From Rhina ancylostomus (lineage: Eukaryota): a stretch of DNA of 64,000 nucleotides. Shown here in pieces: positions 54,311-64,000 of this stretch (positions within the stretch are counted from its first letter, which is position 1; the number at the start of each line of letters is the position of its first letter). The position numbers and the translations under genes were made by a program. Location: the NCBI GenBank assembly GCA_030265395.1, contig JARFYF010000022.1:36814184-36878183 (forward strand), given 5' to 3'. The notes beneath the pieces are model-generated. The model worked only from the letters and a program-made list of their open reading frames with translations. It did no database searches and was not told where the DNA came from.

Positions 54311-56985
54311 GTACGTAACACACAGGCAAGATACGTAACCTTATAGGTATATATATCAATCTGTTAATCTAGTATTGCTAGGATATACAGCTGCATTGGG
54401 GAAGGTTTATCATGGATTAATAAGCAATGCTTAGCTGTGTAGAGTAATTGTCTATGAAATTCCATAGAGATTTTAGAAAGACGCTAAGCGCCATGAATTA
54501 AAGTGTAGAATTTCATTCAAGTCCTCTCACTGGTGTATTGTATATATATATATGTATATATATAGATCTATACATAGAGAGACAGTATTATCCAAACCAT
54601 ACCATTGGTGTGGTATATAGGAGCTTCATGTGCCATTTCTGATGGACAGTCTTCTATAGAGAACACTTAATTTGTAAATATAATTTATAAAGTAAATTAA
54701 AAGCCAGACTAAAAAAAAATTGATCACAACACTTTCATAAGAAAGTAGCTTGAAAACCTCAGCTAAAATTATCTTTGTAGCAAAGTGTTGAATTTGATTC
54801 CGTATTGGACAGATTGGCTAAAGAGTAATTCACTAGTGTGTTTCAATGTCAGCATATTGTTGGCCCGTGGAAGTGTGTTTCTACCAGCATGAACGATGGA
54901 AACCTTTCAGCTTAAATCCATCCTGTATGTGTTCTTGTAGATCTGTTCAATGTTAAGTTCTTGTGCATGTTTGAAATGGAATTGGTTGCATGTCTAGTCT
55001 TTAAATGCTTCAATGGACTTCAGAATAGTATCAAATTGGCATCAAAACGAGACCAATTCCAACTGAGATGAAAGACCAAAGAGTTCCCAGGTGTTCCTTC
55101 AAGCCCAATTCATACATTATATGGGGTGAGATATCAGATCAAACACACATCAATCAAGTTTCCACCATGGAAGTGACGGTAATATCCTTTAAAAGGGTTT
55201 TCATGAAATTATATTTGACAAAGTAAACTTATTAATAAAAGAAATAGACAAATGGAATGACTTTGGCATGGCTTATCTAACCAGAGCAAACTGAACATTG
55301 GATTTTCTGTTTGGCTGGTTTAATTAGACATCTTTTCAGTGTTTTCTACAGTTGGCTTTCATGTCTGGGTCTTAGAGAGCTGAATAACTAGATGGAATAA
55401 ACTACTCAATATCTTGCTAATCAGTTTACTATATTAATGAAAGACTAACATATTAGCCTCATATTTCTGATGTATTTATTATCTAGCAAAAGCAGTGATT
55501 TCTTCCACACTCTGAACATGTGTGAAGCTGAGGCACTTCCTAATTTGAAAACAGAGAATTGTCACTTGGAGTGGGGAGTTCCAGTGGGGAAAGGAGATGG
55601 GAGGGGGACATTTGGTGAATTATGTGCTGGCCTTTCACCTCTAGCACCTGGATTCAATCCAAAATTCTATCTATGGGATTAAATTCTCCTTTAGTTGGCT
55701 GATACTCTGACTGGCCGAAAGTACTTCTGCATAGGAATGGGTATTGTGCTCCCAAGTCCATCTCTGATTTGGCAGTCTCACATTCTGAGGTGTATGGGAA
55801 ATGGAAAGGTTGCTGCTCTATGGGTAGTGTTCAGTAGAGACTATGAGTTACCATACTATCTGAATTGGTGATGTAAATGCAGGTAATACTGATTGGAAAT
55901 TACTGTTTTTTCAACACTGCCATTCCCTTCCCCCACTCTTCAAAATTCACATAACAAGTTTGATTTGAAAGCAATGCATAAGAACCTCTGGAAAGAATTT
56001 TCCACCAATATCCCTACTGAGCCAGAGTGGTTGCTGTGTTAATTGTCTGGATTAATATCAATTTCCCCTGGCTCCAAACATATAGACTCTTAAAAAAGTG
56101 CTCTTTCTCATTTTATACAATGAATCTCCAACCTTAGAAAAATTCCACGATGCAGACCAAGTGGGCTCCTATGCTGAACAACTCCATGATTCTGTACAAT
56201 GTGGCATCTGCTCAATTGACTTCTGTATTCTTATTTTCTAATCAAAACTTAGTGTCAAAACAGTATTGCCCTGTTTGCTCTCCCTCAGAGTATTTGCACA
56301 TATCAGTTTAAATCTCAAAAGATTGTGTTTTCCATCTTGACCTGGCACACAGCTTCTGTTTAAGAGTCAGGATTGTCAGCTTGTAACCCCATCACTAGCC
56401 ACAAAGTAATTTTCATTTGGGCAAATATTCCCCCACCTCATGCGATAAAAGCCCAATTGCTTCACACAATCAGCCTATGGTAAATATTCAATAAGGCAAA
56501 CAAATGCAGGTGCATAAGAAGTTGATGCACAGCTTTAGACAGCAGAAGCCGAGTGGAATTGGACTTGGCAATTGATTACAGAATGGTTAGATTTAGGTTC
56601 CTTGTTTGCTGTACTTTGGTTTGGTGTATTTGACTGAAATATTGTCACCTCAGGGATGACATGAGAACATGATAGTGTTAACAATTTTTTAACTTATTAG
56701 TTGTGCTGAAGAAGTAATTTGCCCTAAAACTGACAGTGCAGAACTCTGGAAATGGTAAATTAAAATACAAAAAAACCCAAAAATTAATAGCTCAGAGTAA
56801 CAACACTATAGAGTGTTTAGCAAAGTAACACCACATCCAACGTAGTCTATTACATCACCTGAGTTCTTTCTTAGAAATCAATGCCTGGTGAAATAAGGGT
56901 CGTTAACTTAGGGATGTAGAAGCGATCCCTAGTAACCACTTCTCTTTGTCTTTCATTAACAGTGATACTACTCTGAGCATGCAAG

Positions 56986-57866
56986 TGCATGGAGATGCTT
57001 TATCAGACTGGCAATGATGTAGACTCATCATTATCCATTCTATTGTTGATCCAATGCTGTACTTTGCATTTTTCCTACATAAAGGTTTTGAAAACTCAAG
57101 GAGCCTAAGCAACAGAGCTGGCATGAGCAGAAATATACTAAAATTGCCTTCAGTGTCTTCTTCGCTCTACAGCTCTCCTTGTCCATTGAGGCTTTCTCCG
57201 TCTCCCATACCATCCATTTTATAGCATGGATTAGTAGCTGAGAATGGTCCAAAGCTTTAGTCCTACAGCCTATACTGTCTTGCATAAAACCAGGTAATAA
57301 GTCTGAAGATTGCATGTCTCTAGGTAGCACCTTGCTGCTGGTGATTCTACTGTTGACATTAGGTGGGACAATCCTTGTTGATTTCTAAATGGGATCGCAC
57401 AGGCACATGATGGCACCAGTGGTCTGTATGCTACATGTGTTTGGTGCATAGGTGGAAATAATGCAGCTACATGCAGTTCCCAATATTTGATGATCTCGCC
57501 CACTGCTTTGGGTGTGCATTTGTCCATTTGTGAAAGCACTGGCTCTTTGGAAATGGGTAACACTTATGTTTATTGGTGCACTTGGTCAACGTTTGAAGAT
57601 TTCTTTCTCAGGATCTTTTGAGCCATATGACCCTGAGGGAGTTCACACAAACATGCAGTTTGAGGTGCCATTGCATGGAAGCCAAACTGATTGCGAGCAA
57701 TACTCTTTAGAGGTCCCAGTTAATCTGGGTGCATGTGAAGGTCTTTAGAAGAAGGATACTGCCCCCTCTGCATGTAGCTATATTTTTTTTAAGCAGAAAC
57801 AAAATGCCACATTTATATTGAAGGGCAGGGGAAAGAAGGTCAAGTATTCACTGTATTCTTTGCATG
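56986..57866 (+). promoter_or_regulatory. Cluster of RBFOX-type TGCATG motifs around the alternative terminal exons
   Basis: TGCATG at 56986, 57311, 57672, 57730, 57769 and 57861. Confidence 0.55.
57085..57224 (+). CDS. KCNC1: Alternative terminal exon encoding a Kv3.2/Kv3.3-type ...SPIPSIL C-terminus
   Basis: ctttgcatttttcctacataaag|GT phase-1 acceptor compatible with exon 3. Open 46-codon frame (G)[45 protein letters not shown] aligns to the recalled Kv3.2 tail GYEKSRSLNNIAG...YNSPCPLRRSRSPIPSIL. Confidence 0.8.
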
Positions 57867-57869
57867 CAG

Positions 57870-57934
57870 ATTTCTGCAAAGGCAGCCCTGTCATTGCTAA
57901 ATATATGCAAGCAGGGGCAGTCAGAGTAACTTAA
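57870..57934 (+). CDS. KCNC1: Kv3.1b terminal coding exon
   Basis: tattctttgcatgcag|AT phase-1 acceptor. (D)[20 protein letters not shown] versus Kv3.1b [21 protein letters not shown]. TAA at 57932-57934. Confidence 0.93.
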
Positions 57935-58772
57935 TGAGCTGGGACAGAATTGGACGCTTTGTGGGCAATTATCTGCCCACTGGGAACATTTCAAGAAAAG
58001 AAGACCCACCTCTTTAGGACAAGCAAAGCTACTTCAAGCCAAACAGGCTTCTAAGGACCATGTGTGTAACAGATTTGACCCAGAAATGCAGGCTTTCTAA
58101 AGCCCAATGTTTCCAAAAAAAGGTAGAAGATTTGTATTTGTTTGCTAGCATGAACTGCATGTTATAGAAACTGTAATTCTATGATTAACCTTTAAATCAG
58201 AAGTTCTATTTCCTTCCAAGATACTTTACTTTTACAAAACTTTGATGTGATCATAATGTAAGAATTAACTATATTTATTTGCAATGGATAGTTTTTTTTG
58301 TATTATTCATGAAACAGTGCAAGATTAGAGAAAACTGTATGTAGATGGCGATTGGTCATATTGACCACTCATCCATGCTTCAGATCTCCATCTGAAACAA
58401 GCCATTAAAACTATGTATTCAGAAAGCACTTCTGCCCCTGTATCTGATTAGGTCAGCATGCTAGTAATCTTGTATTTTCTGGACATCATGTGTATCTATA
58501 AATATTAACTCTTCATCCGGATGGTCTTAGCCTCTTTGCATTTACAAGTGTATATTTCAGACTTGCAGACTCTAAATTAGGAAGCGTGCATTTCATTGAA
58601 CAGTACCAATTTATCTACGCCATTTTCCATGGCAGGACTACTGGTCCAAGTCAGCGAATGACTTCACTCCAATTTGGTCTTCTAAAGTTGGAATCAATAC
58701 TTCAGCACTGTATGCAATTTAGTTCTAAATACGTGCATGCACAATATAATATGCAAAAAAGTTCTAGCATGA

Positions 58773-58778
58773 AATAAA
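58773..58778 (+). terminator. Candidate polyadenylation signal for the 3' isoforms
   Basis: AATAAA ~840 nt after the Kv3.1b stop, followed by ATTAAA and T-rich sequence; no transcript support. Confidence 0.3.
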
Positions 58779-61719
58779 TTTTGTATTAAATCGGTCACTG
58801 CCTGCATGGTTTGATTTATTTTTGTTTTCAATAACGTGAGTCTTGCATTGATGAATTCCCTGTGGTCTCCAAGGACAAATCAGGAGAGTCAGAATGGAAA
58901 CATCAGGTGCTTGGCTCATTTTCAAACAATCAATGAGTGAGTATGGAGTGGTAGTGCTCTACGACAGGCTGGGAAAGCTGTTACTTATCATCAAGAGGTT
59001 CATATGCATTCTTAACATCTATCTATAATTTAAAAATGTGTTTAATTATAAATGTTATTATTCAAAAGGTAATGTAGCTGTCACAAAGTGCAGAATCCTT
59101 TTTGGAGGAATGATTGCTGCCACACATTCCCTGCTAATGATACCCAAGCTCACTTCACGCCTGATGAGATTGGATGGTGAATTTTACCTCTTGATAAAAC
59201 TGCCTGGATTCAGATCCATCCTTGAAAGAGGAGAGGTGGTATCCAGTACTTAATGGGAGACTGGATGAAGAATTCTCTTTTTGTTCTTTAAAACAACCTG
59301 GAGACAAACCAAACATATGAAGGGTCACTTTAACATAACTTACCCTGTGGGAAAAGGTAGATTGGGTTAGAGGTTTTATAGTTCACCCCTGTTTTAAACA
59401 TCCATCTACAGATACACCAGGGAGGACCAACTTCGGAGAATCAGAAAAAATTAACAGTAGGACTAACACTCAGCTCCCTCTTAGATCAAAGGCTCAGCAA
59501 AGCCAATTTGTCCTAAGGAGGTGATTGTTTATTTCCTCCAAATGCTGTAGTGAATTCGCAGGAATGGTACCTTCTTGCTATTGTGGTTGGGCAGTAGCAA
59601 AAGGCTGGCAGCCATTCTCCTGTTTTAGGCTTCCCAGGAGCGATAGTTGGGTGTGTTTATCCTTTAAGTTGGGTAGTGTAGACATATGCTATGGGGTGGG
59701 TCTATCCCTCATTAATGTCAAGATGCTGCAAGTAAAATTGGTGGGGGGAAGGAGAACAAAAATTAGCAATATATTACTTAACCATAATATTGCAAGAGTA
59801 ATGAGGGATAGTACAATCAGGAGATTTGCATGCATGCTTTCCCTACTGGGGCATTTTCACATTTAAATAAGAGGCAGGGAATAAGGAACTTCCTCTCTCT
59901 GATGAATTAGCTTTTGTACTTATAGCTCTGGGATGATATGTTCAATAGAGGAGATGGCAGACTATGTATTTAATAGGCCAGTTGCCTACTTGAAACAAGT
60001 GTCTGGAGGGAATCGGTTTGCTTGCTTTAGGCTGAAGAAGATCACGCAGACTGGAGACCGACAGTTCAGTAGTCAGGTAAGTCATTGGAGCAGGCAATTG
60101 GTTTGTGCTGGTCAGAGGAAATTGAAGTGACTTCTTGTCTCTCATATGTAGGGCATAGACTGAAATATACACTCAGGTTATTCAAGAAACTGCCTGTAAA
60201 AATTTCTGCGTCCTATAAGTAGGTATTTTGTTTCAGACCATTTTATGCACCTGCATATTTAACATTTTGCAAACTTCCACAATGCCAGATGTCATGCAAT
60301 ATGAAGAGTGTCTGGCACCAGTTATTTACTTACTTTAGGTATTGTCTTTAACAGCTCACCCAGGGACACATTCCTCCTGTCCTTTCCTGAACATGCGTCT
60401 CTTGTTGGGGAACAGATCTGTGTATATAAAGAACAGTTTTGAATATTATGCTAGTGGTCCTTCATCACATGTAAGCATATGCATGTAAAGCCAGGAGTTA
60501 ACTACTATCCATTCTCATCCTCAGCCAATACCACACACACTTTCCATAAGAAGTCACTTAATCCTGGTTGATTTTTTTCCTTCCCTGATGCAGGGACATG
60601 AAAATCAACTTCACTCTGCAAATATGGTCACCACTGAACCCAGCTAACTGAACATAGAATGTTGAATCTGGGGCAAACTTCGCTGTCGAAAGAGAAACAG
60701 AGTTAATGTTCCAGATCAAAGACCTGTCGTCAGAACTGTTTCACTCTCCACAGATGCTGCCTGACCTGTTGGATGTTTCTAACGTTTTCTGTTTTTATTT
60801 CTGATTGGCAGGAGCTGTATTTTTTTTGCTTTCCCATGGAATCTAGGACAGTTGTTGTTTATCCTGGAATAATAAGGCTCTGGNNNNNNNNNNNNNNNNN
60901 NNNNACACATCACAGCAGTTAACATGTACAATATCATGCTCATTTTGCTAATGCCAATTAGCAAAAGAGTCCTCCAAATTTAATGAGAATGGGTATAAAC
61001 AAATTGGGCCTAAATCCTATTTTTTTTCCAATGTCATGCAATTAAAAATTGATTTTTCCATGAGTGAAAGATGATAATGACCATTCCTGGGTCATTGTTC
61101 AGAAAATTCAACTGGGCGCATCTTGCTGTGAATCACTCGTGACCTTGATGTGATTTCCATGTCAGAGCCACATGGGATGGCACACTTTCCTTCTAGCCTT
61201 CAAACTACAGGGGAAGCTGGACCAGATTGTCACAGGAATGCCTATCGTTAGGTACTTCTGGATTAATGTGGCCCCTGCTCAATGTTGATCTGGGAGATAA
61301 GTAAAATAGTTGGTTGCAGCACCTCCAGAACACCCCAATTTCCAGTTAACCCCAGTTGTTATTTATTTATTTATTCTTTAAATATGAACCTTGAATTCTT
61401 TTAATTACCATTCATCCACATCAGGCACACAATTTCAATAATCTGTTAGAAAAACGATTATGATTTTATTGATATATGCAGGTTTCAATGAGATGAGTTA
61501 AAAGCAAATTGAAATTGTCCTACAACAGCAGGAAAATGACTTTCATTCCTGTTTCATCTGAGCATCTACTCTCGAACTGAACAGTCCTTTGAATAAGTGC
61601 AGTTAGTAGTTACTTGTGTTTGAGAATTGAAGGATGACTGGAGATTTGTCCAGGTGGAAACTGCAAAAGATTATTGAAACCCAATTGCATGCAGTTGACA
61701 GCAGTTGCATCTGAGATTG

Positions 61720-62180
61720 GGGCAACACAGTCTTTCAGTTAATTCAACTGCGTCCTCACACCTCCAGCAGCCTGGGTTCAATTCTTACCTCGGGTACTGT
61801 CTGTCTGGAGTTTGCAAGTACTTCCTGTGACTGTGTNNNNNNNNNNNNNNNNNNNNNNNNNNNNNNNNNNNNNNNNNNNNNNNNNNNNNNNNNNNNNNNN
61901 NNNNNNNNNNNNNNNNNNNNNNNNNNNNNNNNNNNNCTGTGACTGTGTGGGTTCCCTCTGGGTCTCTGGTTTCCTCCTGCATCCCACACATGTGCAGGTT
62001 GGTAGGTTAATTGCCCACTGTAAATTTCTCTAGTGTAGCTGAGTGGTGGAATCCAGGAGGACTTGACTGTAACATGGGGAGAATGGAATGCAGGGAAAAT
62101 TAGTGAGGGGATGAGATGGCTCTGTGAGCTGGCATAGACTCGATGGGTTGAAATGGTCTCCACCTATGATGTAAGGAAGT
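61720..62180 (+). mobile_element. tRNA-derived V-SINE (HE1-like)
   Basis: B-box gggttcaattc, V-domain-like gtctggagtttgca...gggtt...ggtttcctcc...catccca, CR1-like tail gactcgatgggttgaaatggtct. Confidence 0.75.
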
Positions 62181-63549
62181 ATAGAATTATAGAAAATCAT
62201 TACTTGGTTTTGCCAAAATTATGTTGCTGGAAATAAATGTAGGAGAATCCTCAGTTCTTTTGCATTATTATTTTACTCTTCTACTCTGAACTTTTATGAG
62301 TTAAAAACACATCCAAATGTGTTATGGCACAATAAAGATGAAGTAGTGGTTTAAAAATTGCTGCGAATGTGGGTCTGATGACAAATGTGTTAATTGGACC
62401 CCGATCTCACTGTCAACATCACACTGTATCTGGTTCTGAACTACTGGAAGATCAATCCATTAAAAATATTGTGTTGTTGATGATAAATTTTGAGCTTCGT
62501 GCACAAGGTATTACCCCTCAAAGCAAGGAAGAAGAAGATAAAGGAGGAAGGAGAATAAAAGCTGGAAATGGAATGAGTTCTAGTCAAAAGAAATAAAGAG
62601 AAATGGAAAAAAAAACAAGGGAGTGCATCAAAGGAGACAAATATAAGTGAAAAGGAAAAACAAGACATTTTTTTCTTGAAGAACAAGCAGGAGACACGGA
62701 ATAAAAACAGAAAATGCTGGAAACACTCAGGAGGTCATTGCTGCATCTGATGTGTTAAGTGCATCAGGTCTTGGACCCTTCATCAAATGAAGAGAAATTT
62801 GGATTTTTTTTAAAAAGTTTCTGTAAATGCAGTGAAGTGAGGGTTTCTGATTGCTTCTAACACTATGCATGTAAATAAACATCAACATCAAGCAGAAACA
62901 ATTTCTAGCTCAAACAATGCAGTGTTAACTGTACATTTATTATATAGCTTCCATTGGGTGATAGTGTATTGCACAAGGAATTCAGGTCTTTTTGTACTTT
63001 TTCCATGTTGTCCACCTCAGCATGATGCAACTATTAGTGGATGGTACATTGGGTGCCCTTGAAATTCCTACCAAGGTGCCAACAATTGTCTTAGTACTTC
63101 TCACACAACTCTTTCTTTTTCATTTCCTCTCAAATTTTCATATACTCCCCAGCTTCTGTCACTACAATTTGCATTGGGTCTGGCCTTTTTACAACCTTAA
63201 GATCATTATACATGAAAGGAAACTATTTGACCATTTTGCCTGTGCTAGCTTTTTAATGTACAAAAGTAAATACCTTGTTTCATAAGAATATAAAATTTTA
63301 TGCACATAATCTTTGCAACAGGGAGCAATATCTTGTTCTTGATAAAAAAAGGTACAATTGTATTTTTAAAAAATCCTGTCACGGTGATTTCTGTCTTTTT
63401 GTACGTTTTGTGTAAAGGAGGTTTGATAGGGAAAGTATAACATGGTAGTCTTGGCCTTTTGTATAGGTTATACCATGCTTCCTGTCTCAAAGTCAAGGTT
63501 GACCTTGGAGTGTGCCAGTGAGCAATGCTCAGTCACTAATATCAAAAAA

Positions 63550-64000
63550 CCTTGCAATTGCTGGAAATCTGAAATAAAAATAGTAAATGCCGAAAACATT
63601 CATCACGTAAGGCAATGTGTGTGGAAAGAGAAGCAGAGTTAGCACTGTAGGCCAAAGACCCTTCGTCAGAACTGGAAAAGAGAGAGAATAAGTAGTAATT
63701 TGTTGCAGAGAAAGTGGGAGAGCCATGGATGGAACAAAGTCAATATCTCTGTCGGGGTGAGACCAAGTGGGTTAACAAGGCAATTAGACACAGATTATGT
63801 TTCGTTGTCTGTTGTGTTGCCAATAGCAGGATTATGGAGCATGCCAAAAGGCCAGGATATGCTCAAGGACAGAGAAAACTGAGGCAAAAATCACAGATGG
63901 ACGACTAGCAGAGATGGCCAGTTCTGATAATCAATTTACTGAAAGATGGGGAATTAAGTTTGGAAGACTGCAAAGTGCCCAGGCACAAGCTGAGATATTG
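63550..64000 (-). mobile_element. Penelope-like element end, truncated by the window edge
   Basis: Terminal-repeat arm at 63560-63675; the minus strand of the last ~50 nt reads QYLSLCLGTLQSSKLNS (cf. QHLIFRLGTLQP.GLN). Confidence 0.6.

Noticed and set aside
56539-56637. Frame TAEAEWNWTW..., faintly like a Kv3.2 alternative tail (EAHWNC)
   Set aside because: Preceded by an in-frame TAG, no phase-1 acceptor with a good pyrimidine tract, and the similarity is too short.
58000-63500. A second gene downstream of KCNC1
   Set aside because: Only short non-homologous ORFs and repeats; consistent with 3' UTR and intergenic DNA.

Overview
Vertebrate genomic DNA from a gapped draft assembly; the repeat landscape (V-SINE/HE1-like, DeuSINE-like, CR1, RTE, Rex, Penelope) suggests a cartilaginous fish (inference). 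The window holds the complete coding region of one gene, KCNC1 (Kv3.1, Shaw-type voltage-gated K+ channel), on the + strand: exon 1 at 3521/3605-4174, a ~42.8 kb repeat-rich intron 1, exon 2 at 47017-47938 (read-through to 47970 gives Kv3.1a), exon 3 at 54113-54310 and the Kv3.1b terminal exon at 57870-57934. This Kv3.1 carries modules that I know only from its paralogues in mammals. (1) An in-frame 28-aa Kv3.4-type N-terminal inactivation peptide upstream of the canonical Met, with a weak Kozak context, an abutting 8-codon uORF and a near-perfect RE1/REST site overlapping its ATG. (2) An intact extra terminal exon (57085-57224) encoding a Kv3.2/Kv3.3-type ...SPIPSIL tail, inside a cluster of RBFOX TGCATG motifs. 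The Kv3.1b PKC site S503 is Phe. Intron 1 also has solo LTRs with 5-bp TSDs, a ~4.5 kb degenerate ~29-bp minisatellite and a 44-bp inverted duplication. Comparisons to human Kv3 proteins and repeat consensuses are from memory and need alignment; repeat boundaries are approximate unless TSDs are given.
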